From: a virus
Taxonomy: Duplodnaviria; Caudoviricetes
Virus record (IMG/VR): IMGVR_UViG_3300031669_005479
Coordinates: 1-64,000 of that record
Direction: 5' to 3' (one strand)
Length of the DNA: 64,000 bases
In this document: one piece after another, positions 1 through 7,530 of the stretch
How positions within the stretch are numbered: position 1 is the first letter of the stretch
Layout: every line of letters begins with the position of its first letter
Notes under the pieces: generated by a model
Told to the model about the DNA's origin: nothing
The model's database searches: none
The model's input: only the letters and a program-made list of their open reading frames with translations
Translations under genes and position numbers: made by a program

Positions 1-35
1 TTATTTTAAGTTTGTATAATAATTTTTTAACTAAA

Positions 36-132
36 CCATAACAAGGTGTATAAAACATAACCTATTATAGTTCAGTGGTTAATATCAAAGTTCGTGGTTA
101 GATTACGTTTCATACACCCAACCGTTATCGGC
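36..132. repeat. attC-like site 1
   Basis: ccatAAC-aa-GGTGTATaaaacat...acgtttcATACACC-caacc-GTTatcggc. Confidence 0.75.
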
Positions 133-136
133 AACC

Positions 137-445
137 TTAAAGAGCAGCGTCCAACCATTGCCAATCTTCATTAGTTCCATACTCCCAATCTCTTGAAATT
201 ACTTTCGGTTTATAGTTTAAGTCCAAAAGACACATCAAAAGATTAAGCACAAACCCTTCTGCATACTTTACACTTACACCAAAAGAGCCACTTACTCGTA
301 TGTAGTGCTTTTTAAAATCAATATCACAAGGCGGCATTCCTGCAAGTCCTTGTTGGTTAAATTTAGACAGATTAACCATTGCTGTATCAAAGTCATTTTG
401 ACTTATTTCTTTTTCTTTGCTAATTAGATAAAATGAATACCCCAT
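137..445 (-). CDS. Hypothetical cassette protein (102 aa)
   Basis: ORF fills the unit between sites 1 and 2. Confidence 0.7.
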   Translation of the reverse strand: MGYSFYLISKEKEISQNDFDTAMVNLSKFNQQGLAGMPPCDIDFKKHYIRVSGSFGVSVKYAEGFVLNLLMCLLDLNYKPKVISRDWEYGTNEDWQWLDAAL

Positions 446-486
446 TGTTTTGATATTTAAAGTTTAAATTCGTTTTAATAAAGCCA

Positions 487-620
487 GCCGTTAACACGCT
501 ATATGCTTCATTGGCGTGTTCGTTTGTATTCGTAGTTTCTGTCATTTTATAAAGTGTTTAGTAATTTTATAAATTCGTTCTATTAATCGCCAACGAAAGC
601 ATATAGCCATCGTTAGCACC
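487..620. repeat. attC-like site 2
   Basis: gccgttAAC-ac-GCTATATGCTTcattggcg...cgccaacgaAAGCATATAGC-catc-GTTagcacc. Confidence 0.8.
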
Positions 621-837
621 TATAATCACGCTCCATGTAGCTGTTACATGTAAATGATTGAATGTTCACTATATAGTTTCTACCTAAATCGCAAATATGC
701 TGTTCATGTCGATATTTAGCATATTGGTTTTGTCTCAAATTATTACAAGTATTACAATTACGGGCGCTAACAACAGGTTTAACCAATAAAGGCTTCCTGC
801 GTATGCGGTCGGTAATGCGTTTAATAAAGTTCTTCAT
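613..837 (-). CDS. Hypothetical cassette protein, Cys-containing; starts in the loop of site 3
   Basis: Stop TAA lies in the site 2 core; N-terminus is read through the site 3 arm (KPVVSAR). Confidence 0.6.
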   Translation of the reverse strand: MKNFIKRITDRIRRKPLLVKPVVSARNCNTCNNLRQNQYAKYRHEQHICDLGRNYIVNIQSFTCNSYMERDYRC

Positions 838-895
838 ATCTTGATAATTTAGTTATTTTAATCCTTTACTGGTCAAACCTGCGACCGTTATAAAC
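763..895. repeat. attC-like site 3
   Basis: ggcgctAAC-aa-caggtttaaccaataaagg...cctttactggtcaaacctg-cgacc-GTTataaac; arms 17/19 complementary. Confidence 0.8.
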
Positions 896-1148
896 AATTA
901 AATACTACTTGGTCTTTCTCGTAGTTATTAAATTGTAATTTAGGCACTTCACCACAGAATACTATATCAACTTCACCGTTAATAGTATCTATTAGCAAAT
1001 GGTTTTCCTTTTGCTTAAAACCTAAATAAGTTCCTTTATCTTTAAAGTTTACAATCATGGTATTTCGTTTGGTTTTCCATTTTTCGTAAAAACCACCAAT
1101 AAATAAATGTTCTTCTCCTTTTTTGATTTTACATCTCATTTTATCCAT
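888..1148 (-). CDS. Hypothetical cassette protein (86 aa)
   Basis: Stop TAA lies in the site 3 core. Confidence 0.7.
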   Translation of the reverse strand: MDKMRCKIKKGEEHLFIGGFYEKWKTKRNTMIVNFKDKGTYLGFKQKENHLLIDTINGEVDIVFCGEVPKLQFNNYEKDQVVFNCL

Positions 1149-1156
1149 ATTTAAAA

Positions 1157-1220
1157 GTTTATAACAATGTGTAAATAATCATTTCGTTCCTCAACGCTTT
1201 TTACACAAAACGTTATAAAT
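1157..1220. repeat. attC-like site 4 (short)
   Basis: gtttatAAC-aa-TGTGTAAA...TTTACACA-aaac-GTTataaat. Confidence 0.75.
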
Positions 1221-1226
1221 AATAAA

Positions 1227-1427
1227 TTAAATTTTATTGTCTTTAAATATTAACTTTCCTGTTTCATTGTCCATCCAAACTATTCCTTGTACTTTGTTTC
1301 TAAATTCTTCCAAAGTTAATTCTTTTGGTTCTGATGTTCCTTCTACCTTTATTGTAGAGTAATAGTTTGGATTAATTGGGTTATCAACATATTTATTTTT
1401 CAACTCTTTACTTGCTTTCTTTTTCAT
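1227..1427 (-). CDS. Hypothetical cassette protein (66 aa)
   Basis: ORF fills the unit between sites 4 and 5. Confidence 0.6.
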   Translation of the reverse strand: MKKKASKELKNKYVDNPINPNYYSTIKVEGTSEPKELTLEEFRNKVQGIVWMDNETGKLIFKDNKI

Positions 1428-1449
1428 AGGTATAAAATTTAATTTACAT

Positions 1450-1574
1450 ATTTATAACAACAAATATAAAACATTGCTGTCGTGGTTTCTATTTACTTAT
1501 ACGTAATTATTTTAATTTTGTTACATTTATTTACATTCGTGTTGCAACGTTTTATATTTGCGACCGTTAGCAAC
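1450..1574. repeat. attC-like site 5
   Basis: atttatAAC-aa-caaatataaaacattgc...gcaacgttttatatttg-cgacc-GTTagcaac. Confidence 0.8.
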
Positions 1575-1579
1575 AACCG

Positions 1580-1846
1580 CTAAAACTCCGCTGGTCTATC
1601 AAAAGACATCATCGGTGGATTGTCGCTTATCATTTCAATGTAATCTTCGTAAAGGATTGCATCTTCTCTCCTTCCACATACGCTTTCTCCGTGTTTATTT
1701 ACATACTCATTGGGGTCATTACATTTGCCATCTTTATAGTGCTGACATTTCACTATTTCACAACCACTCAAAGCGGCAGTTGCTAACACACGGTCATCAG
1801 CAATATTTGCCGTGCCGTTTGGATAATTTTCTGCTAATTTTGTCAT
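1580..1846 (-). CDS. Hypothetical cassette protein, Cys-containing; starts in the loop of site 6
   Basis: ANIADDRVLAT is encoded by the site 6 arm and core. Confidence 0.6.
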   Translation of the reverse strand: MTKLAENYPNGTANIADDRVLATAALSGCEIVKCQHYKDGKCNDPNEYVNKHGESVCGRREDAILYEDYIEMISDNPPMMSFDRPAEF

Positions 1847-1907
1847 TTGTTCTTTGTTTTAAGTTTTGTGAAGCAAATACTGCTGATACCGTCAAACGTT
1901 ATGCGTT
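1779..1907. repeat. attC-like site 6
   Basis: gttgctAAC-ac-acggt(c)atcagcaatatttgc...gcaaatactgctgataccgt-caaac-GTTatgcgtt; one unpaired base in the left arm. Confidence 0.8.
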
Positions 1908-2240
1908 ATTGTAACGTGCAATAAACAGCTTATAGGTTTCATTAAAAATTCCTTGTGTTTCATCCATTTCAATTGCTAATCTATCAGATAAGTCTGTGTC
2001 TATTTCGCAAACCTTAAAGAAGTCTAAAGCACAACATTCACGCTCGACACTTCTATCAAATCCTGATATAACTTCTTCTTCATCGTCTGTGTCTAAATAT
2101 TCAGAACAATTTGCTTCGTAAGTGTAAACAGCACCGTAATCACTATCTCCAACTTCTTCGTGTCGGTAAAATGAACAATTAGAACAACAACGCATAACAG
2201 CATTTTGTGGCAATTGCGGGTTTTTGGTTTGTTTTTCCAT
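1899..2240 (-). CDS. Hypothetical acidic Cys-rich cassette protein; probable start MEKQ in the loop of site 7
   Basis: Track ORF 1899..2300; ATG at 2240; PQLPQNAVMRC is encoded by the site 7 arm; stop lies in the site 6 core. Confidence 0.65.
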   Translation of the reverse strand: MEKQTKNPQLPQNAVMRCCSNCSFYRHEEVGDSDYGAVYTYEANCSEYLDTDDEEEVISGFDRSVERECCALDFFKVCEIDTDLSDRLAIEMDETQGIFNETYKLFIARYNNA

Positions 2241-2336
2241 TTTAGTTTTTAAATTAAAGTTTAGTCTATTTTTGTATGGTCTGTAATTATTTATCCGCAA
2301 CTGACCACAAGATGCGAAACGTTAGCGAGAATATTT
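2189..2336. repeat. attC-like site 7
   Basis: aacgcatAAC-a-gcattttgtggcaattgcgg...ccgcaactg(a)ccacaagatgc-gaaac-GTTagcgag. Confidence 0.8.
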
Positions 2337-2549
2337 CGCCAACACTTTCCAATCAACTTCTTTTCCTGTTGTTATCTTTATTAATTCAGCAACATCACCA
2401 AGCAACATATATGGCATGTTCAAATGTTTATCGCAATAAGTTTCTTGAACATGTTTTATTGCTTTATCAAAAATATTCTCGTTAACATCAGATATAATTA
2501 ATTTTTTATTCGTGTTGTCAAGTTCAGTAATATTAATTTCTATTTTCAT
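2322..2549 (-). CDS. Hypothetical cassette protein; starts in the loop of site 8
   Basis: LIISDVNEN is encoded by the arm and core; stop lies in the site 7 core. Confidence 0.65.
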   Translation of the reverse strand: MKIEINITELDNTNKKLIISDVNENIFDKAIKHVQETYCDKHLNMPYMLLGDVAELIKITTGKEVDWKVLAKYSR

Positions 2550-2604
2550 TTTATTTAAATTTTAGTGTTATTAATTAAGTAAAAAACTAATCATATCTGC
2601 GACC
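2471..2604. repeat. attC-like site 8, degenerate (right GTT core missing)
   Basis: ctcgttAAC-at-cagatataattaatttttt (2489-2507) pairs 17/19 with 2581-2599, then cgacc followed by CCAG instead of GTT. Confidence 0.65.
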
Positions 2605-2708
2605 CCAGCAAAAGCTGGATAACTCCCATTCCCATTTCCTGTTACTAAAACAGCATTTGTGGCACATTTTACAACATCCCCCCTTCTAAATGATTTTTTA
2701 TTTTTCAT
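2571..2708 (-). CDS. 45-aa ORF, possibly truncated by fusion to site 8
   Basis: Own translation: MKNKKSFRRGDVVKCATNAVLVTGNGNGSYPAFAGVADMISFLLN. Confidence 0.45.
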   Translation of the reverse strand: MKNKKSFRRGDVVKCATNAVLVTGNGNGSYPAFAGVADMISFLLN

Positions 2709-2739
2709 ATAATTTAATTTAATATTTTAAATTCATTAA

Positions 2740-3492
2740 TTATTTGTGAATTTTTTTATATTCAATTCCTTTAGTATAGTATGAAAACCATCTTTGATAC
2801 ATATATGGCAAAATTTTATGATTGGAAAAACCATATAAACCACACGAAAAAAAATCGTGACATTCAATCACAAAAGTAGTTTTGTTAATGCCAACATCAA
2901 GCGTATATGCAACAGGTGCATTTTTATAGTTTTTAATCATACCGTTGATTTTATTAATATCTGGAAATCTAGTAAAATCACCAGAATAATGTTGTAATCC
3001 AACCATTTCATTTTGAAATACAAAAACACGCCATTCACTATCAATAGCAATTAACTCTGAAATCTGATAATTACCCGCAGGTATTTTATAAATATGATTA
3101 TTATCCAATACTATTGCATCTGAAAATCCTTTTATTTTATCATTATTTTTTATGTAAAAACTTCCTTTTATCTTTTCTAAATCAAATTGAGTTCCATTAA
3201 ATATTGACCTACCAGCATATCCATACAATTCTTCTGGAACATTTATTGGCTTAGGTATTTTACCGTAAAATTGAAATAAAAATGCTGATACAAATTGAAC
3301 GCTACCAATCGGTATATAATTTTTATGTATTGGTTTAAATATAAATCTTTCTTGATTTTCATGTGTATTAAAAAACACATATTTCATAATTATATTTCCC
3401 GCATACCAATTATTGTATCTAATTGATTCCAGTAGTGTAAATGTAAAATCATGTCTAACGCTGCCGTCAATTTTTTGTATCAGGAACTTCAT
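2740..3492 (-). CDS. ATP-grasp protein (DUF4343/R2K-like)
   Basis: EWRVFV, YTLDVG, VIECHDFFSCGLYG motifs. Confidence 0.7.
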   Translation of the reverse strand: MKFLIQKIDGSVRHDFTFTLLESIRYNNWYAGNIIMKYVFFNTHENQERFIFKPIHKNYIPIGSVQFVSAFLFQFYGKIPKPINVPEELYGYAGRSIFNGTQFDLEKIKGSFYIKNNDKIKGFSDAIVLDNNHIYKIPAGNYQISELIAIDSEWRVFVFQNEMVGLQHYSGDFTRFPDINKINGMIKNYKNAPVAYTLDVGINKTTFVIECHDFFSCGLYGFSNHKILPYMYQRWFSYYTKGIEYKKIHK

Positions 3493-3532
3493 TGCAAAAA
3501 TATTAATTTACAAATATACAAAACAATTCTAA

Positions 3533-4666
3533 TTATTCACAACCTTTATCAGAATAACTTGAAAATTGTTTACGAATTCCAACCAATTTATTAATTGCCG
3601 TTTTCTTACTTGAAATTAATTTTCCATTATTTGTTACAGATACAAAATCTGGAACTTGATCTAAACATGTAACCACAAGATTTTTATTTGAAAATTGATT
3701 ATGATATAAATCACAATCAAGTGCATATCGCAACATGTTAATATCCAACACAGATTTCTTAAATATTCCTTGTGCACCACCATTAACATTTGCTTCCAAT
3801 GGGTTTTCTTTAATGTAGGAAATATCCATATTTTCATTAATCATTGGACCATTTCCATGACGAGTTTGATATGCACGAGTAATATAGTATGTTTCATTAG
3901 GAACAATATTTAGTTTATTCAACATTTCAATTGCATTTTTTGAAGTTGTGTTGCTCCTAGTTACATGTGGAAAAAAACCATAATCCATATCCAACATAAT
4001 TCCTTGCCCACCTTCAAAAATAAAACTATCGTATGATAATGAACCAAAATCAGTAGCAATCTTAAACCTATTTACCAAATCATCACTTGCAACAATAAAT
4101 TCTTCAATTGCTTTATTCATATGCTCAACAAAATGTTTTGTTGAATGACCGATTTTTGTATTCATGTATTCACGAATCAAATTCAACTTTATATCTCTTA
4201 TGTTAGGATATAGCAAATCACGAACATATAACTTATAATGATCTGCATTACGTTGAATAGTTGCCCCAAAACCAACACCAACGCTACCATGTAACATATT
4301 TGTGCTATCCTGCATGTTACGATATATATCAAAAGGAGTTGTCACCATTGCATTTGGACTATAAATTACTTTTGGTGTGATACCTTGTGCTCTGAGTGCA
4401 TTTCCTTCCTTTAATACTGCAGTTGGATTTACTGTACAATATTCAGACCAATAAGTTGGAACACCTCTTAATGTGCCAGAACCAAAATTTGAAAATGTGT
4501 GTCTGATACTATTGTGAACAACAGTATGTCCAACTTGATGACCACCATTAAATCTAACAACCAATGGATTTTCATGCTTACCACAAAGATAATTAACAAA
4601 AGAACCTTTGCCTTCATCGCCATATCCCGCACCAATAACTAGACTAACATTCATATTATTTATCAT
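3533..4666 (-). CDS. purA: Adenylosuccinate synthetase-like protein (divergent PurA family)
   Basis: GAGYGDEGKG P-loop, RFNGGHQVGHT, FEGGQG, VTRSNT, TRHGNGP. Confidence 0.85.
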   Translation of the reverse strand: MINNMNVSLVIGAGYGDEGKGSFVNYLCGKHENPLVVRFNGGHQVGHTVVHNSIRHTFSNFGSGTLRGVPTYWSEYCTVNPTAVLKEGNALRAQGITPKVIYSPNAMVTTPFDIYRNMQDSTNMLHGSVGVGFGATIQRNADHYKLYVRDLLYPNIRDIKLNLIREYMNTKIGHSTKHFVEHMNKAIEEFIVASDDLVNRFKIATDFGSLSYDSFIFEGGQGIMLDMDYGFFPHVTRSNTTSKNAIEMLNKLNIVPNETYYITRAYQTRHGNGPMINENMDISYIKENPLEANVNGGAQGIFKKSVLDINMLRYALDCDLYHNQFSNKNLVVTCLDQVPDFVSVTNNGKLISSKKTAINKLVGIRKQFSSYSDKGCE

Positions 4667-4676
4667 TTTTTAATAT

Positions 4677-4703
4677 TATACGAACAATATTTTTTTTTGT
4701 TAC
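4677..4703 (-). promoter_or_regulatory. ECF-type promoter GTAAC-N16-CGTATA (purA-like)
   Basis: One of 5 copies, each upstream of a gene start. Confidence 0.6.
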
Positions 4704-4706
4704 AAA

Positions 4707-4736
4707 AAAAGGGGACATAATATTATGTCCCCTTTT
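4707..4736 (-). terminator. Palindromic terminator after the vWA gene
   Basis: Perfect 30-bp palindrome aaaaggggacataatattatgtcccctttt. Confidence 0.7.
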
Positions 4737-4752
4737 AAGTAAATGTAATTAA

Positions 4753-5664
4753 TTAAAGATTGATTACACCGTCATCATTCGTTGCAACGATGCTAGTATT
4801 TACTTTTGCAAGTGCAGTTGTAACTTCACCAGCAGTTTTTGCATCAAATTTACTTACAACTGTTGACATGTCAGCACCATGTTGAACTGCAATTAGTGTA
4901 GCAATTGTCGCACAAATAGCACGATAATCATTTAGAACAATAAGTCTTTCACCTAGCATTCTTTTCCAATAACCCAAAACGTCTGGATCATCACGATAAC
5001 TGGTTTCATTAATATGTATATGATATACATTATATAATCGTTGTGCCTCTTCAAGAAGTTGTACATCAGATACACTTTCTGACTGACTATAACCAAAAAG
5101 GTCTTTCAATGCCGATGCACTTAATTCATTCCAATTCTTTTCATCACCAATAGTAAAAAGAAATCCCTTTTCATTACGTTTTTCAAAACAATCAATAGAT
5201 GTATGACGACCAGCAGTAAGCCAAGCAAGTAAATAACTTTCCATATTTTGGCCACCACCACCGCCTTCAATAAATAATCCTGTTAACCATTTATCAAGGT
5301 CTTCAGTACCAGATTCAAATTGACCTAATTGAAGCGGAACCCTATCTATATGATGATCACCAATACCGCCAAAAAGAATTTGGGGATGTTCAACACCATT
5401 GTCAATAATGGTATTCATTAGTGTACCGAGTTCATTTTTCACAATGTTCTCTGGAATTCTACCCATACTACCAGTAACATCAAGAAAAACCATTACAGCC
5501 AATGAATCTGGATGTGCATCACTATCACGTGATTCTCTAATTGTGATGTTTTGGGGTAACATATCACTACTAGCATCCTTAGCAAAAATTTCATCAGCAT
5601 CCTTATGCACATAACTTGCACTTAAGTTAGTATATGCATCCTTTGTCCAACTGCTATATCCCAT
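4753..5664 (-). CDS. von Willebrand factor A domain protein
   Basis: MIDAS-like DVTGSMG, GIGD, GGGG..ESY, FTIGDE. Confidence 0.8.
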   Translation of the reverse strand: MGYSSWTKDAYTNLSASYVHKDADEIFAKDASSDMLPQNITIRESRDSDAHPDSLAVMVFLDVTGSMGRIPENIVKNELGTLMNTIIDNGVEHPQILFGGIGDHHIDRVPLQLGQFESGTEDLDKWLTGLFIEGGGGGQNMESYLLAWLTAGRHTSIDCFEKRNEKGFLFTIGDEKNWNELSASALKDLFGYSQSESVSDVQLLEEAQRLYNVYHIHINETSYRDDPDVLGYWKRMLGERLIVLNDYRAICATIATLIAVQHGADMSTVVSKFDAKTAGEVTTALAKVNTSIVATNDDGVINL

Positions 5665-5666
5665 AA

Positions 5667-5849
5667 CTATTCAGTTTTAGCAGTTTCAGTAGTTTTGTCA
5701 GAAACACCAATGATGTCTTCATCAACTACAACATTAGACATATCGCCTGATTCAGTTACTTCAGGTTCTGTAGTTTCAGCACCGTTTCGTGCTTCTTCTT
5801 TTGCCATGTCCTCGAAAGACTGGACTCTTGAAAATTGATCTAATCCCAT
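5667..5849 (-). CDS. Small acidic hypothetical protein
   Basis: ORF tightly packed within the operon. Confidence 0.55.
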   Translation of the reverse strand: MGLDQFSRVQSFEDMAKEEARNGAETTEPEVTESGDMSNVVVDEDIIGVSDKTTETAKTE

Positions 5850-5896
5850 AATTTAAAAATTTAATTGTTAGTATTAAAAAAACTGTTTAAAATTAG

Positions 5897-6784
5897 TTAC
5901 AAATCTAGTGAATAAAATTTACTTTCAAAATTTTTCTTCAATAAATCTCGATATTGAAGATATTCATCTTTATCATTTTTATGTTTAGTTAATAGAAAGT
6001 TTAAAATATTCTGATTAACATTAGCATCGCTTTTTAATTTAGTTCCAGCACTTGACTTATCACCTAGCAAATATAGTGCAATTTTTTTACAAAGTTCCAA
6101 ATCAATATCTGGGGTAGCAATTTTATTTACAAATAAATTGGTTGGATACCACATTTTATACTTAGCACTAATCGTTTCGGCTCTACTATTTACATTATGC
6201 ATATGGTAATAATTAATAATAATAATACCATGTGTTTCTGGCACAACAAAGACTGTTGTAGGATTTAAACCCAAGTGTGCATAGTTTATTTGCCTTAACC
6301 ATAAAACATATTCAAACATTCTGCTAAATATCCAATTAACATGAACTTGAGACAATTTCTGACCTGTTAATGGAATGCTGCGATCCTTTAAATAAATTGT
6401 TAATTTATTTTTTTCCAATTTCATGCTTTCTGGCATATAACGATGAAATGCCTCTGACGCTTTGTCATGTTTCGATTTAAGAATATTGTAATTATTAACA
6501 GATTTGGTAATTATTTTACGATTAGCATCCGTAACAACATACTCAATTCTTTTTTCAAATACTCTGAATTCACCTGCTTCATCAACATACAAAACACCCT
6601 TTTCAAGTATTTCTTTATATTGATTAATTTTCGTCATTGCTTCTGCAGCCAATGAATTTGAATGATAATCTGGATGTAATAGTTTACTGTAATTAAGATA
6701 ACTCCTTTTCCAATCATCACCACTAAAAATATCTGATGGTTTTGTTGATTTTAATACCATCTGAATTAGTTCAATATCTGTCAT
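5897..6784 (-). CDS. J-domain (HPD) fused to a degenerate kinase-like domain
   Basis: YSKLLHPDY near the N-terminus; YAHLGLNPTTVFV resembles a kinase catalytic loop. Confidence 0.6.
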   Translation of the reverse strand: MTDIELIQMVLKSTKPSDIFSGDDWKRSYLNYSKLLHPDYHSNSLAAEAMTKINQYKEILEKGVLYVDEAGEFRVFEKRIEYVVTDANRKIITKSVNNYNILKSKHDKASEAFHRYMPESMKLEKNKLTIYLKDRSIPLTGQKLSQVHVNWIFSRMFEYVLWLRQINYAHLGLNPTTVFVVPETHGIIIINYYHMHNVNSRAETISAKYKMWYPTNLFVNKIATPDIDLELCKKIALYLLGDKSSAGTKLKSDANVNQNILNFLLTKHKNDKDEYLQYRDLLKKNFESKFYSLDL

Positions 6785-6788
6785 TATT

Positions 6789-7385
6789 CTAAATATTTAG
6801 AAATTTTTCCACCTCATTACAAATTTTTTGTGTTAGTCCAAAATAACTATCAACATGAAAAAAATGTTCACGCTGATTTAATAAAAAATCTATACCATCA
6901 TCAATTATTGCATAATGATAAAAATTATGACTACTAGCATCAAAATATTCCTCAACATTATTTGTAAGCCATTTTTTTATTTCACATCCCCTATTACGAC
7001 ATTCGCAATTACCTGTTTTATCAATAATGGTAAATGTTGCACCAAGTTTCTTAAATATTACTTGTAAATCCTGAACATCCCATTGATTTCTCATTGAAGC
7101 ACTTAAAACTACAACGGAATTTGTTTTAACACACAAATCATTCAATAATTTAATTTTACTTAAATCGATTTGTGATTTATAATAATCAATAGTACTAATT
7201 TCTTGTGATTTAAGTAATTTACGTAAATATTTTTTCACTACCTTATATAATGGTATGCCATCATTCTTATGTAAATGTTTATATTGCTCTTCATAAAAAA
7301 GATCATGATTTAAAACTCCATCTACGTCACAAAAAATCAAAGACTTAAATTCATTTTTATTTTCCATATTTCTTTTAATTGTCAA
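6789..7385 (-). CDS. HAD-superfamily phosphatase (RNA-repair-like HAD)
   Basis: FCDVDGVLN, VVLSAS, YAIIDD; probable start 7367. Confidence 0.75.
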   Translation of the reverse strand: MTIKRNMENKNEFKSLIFCDVDGVLNHDLFYEEQYKHLHKNDGIPLYKVVKKYLRKLLKSQEISTIDYYKSQIDLSKIKLLNDLCVKTNSVVVLSASMRNQWDVQDLQVIFKKLGATFTIIDKTGNCECRNRGCEIKKWLTNNVEEYFDASSHNFYHYAIIDDGIDFLLNQREHFFHVDSYFGLTQKICNEVEKFLNI

Positions 7386-7389
7386 CCTA

Positions 7390-7416
7390 TATACGAAATA
7401 ATTCCTAAAATGTTAC
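7390..7416 (-). promoter_or_regulatory. ECF-type promoter GTAAC-N16-CGTATA (HAD operon)
   Basis: Same consensus. Confidence 0.6.
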
Positions 7417-7487
7417 ATGTGATCGTAAACAAAAAAACATTTTCGGGTGCAAATATATAAAAAATAATTAACGTGTGGCACAATCTT

Positions 7488-7513
7488 GTAACATTTAAAT
7501 ACTTTATTCGTAT
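7488..7513 (+). promoter_or_regulatory. ECF-type promoter GTAAC-N16-CGTAT (3D protein)
   Basis: Same consensus. Confidence 0.6.
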
Positions 7514-7530
7514 TACATATAAAAAGAACT

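Larger units (their letters stand above)
36..2604. mobile_element. Integron-like gene-cassette array (7 complete units, 8 attC-like sites; continues off the left edge)
   Basis: Hairpin sites with AAC..GTT cores alternate with single small ORFs; each unit has its own inverted terminal pair; no recombinase in window. Confidence 0.75.

Noticed and set aside
36-2604. CRISPR array
   Set aside because: The repeats are not identical in sequence, vary from 52 to 128 bp, and the intervening DNA is 160-372 bp and protein-coding.
36-2604. Sites as plain intrinsic terminators
   Set aside because: They have large variable loops and no consistent U-tract, four are translated through, and terminators would not explain unit-specific matched ends.
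3533-4666. PurZ / 2-aminoadenine (Z-genome) pathway
   Set aside because: The P-loop is GDEGKG with the PurA catalytic Asp, whereas PurZ has Ser there (GSTGKG); I recognised no DatZ/MazZ partner in the window.
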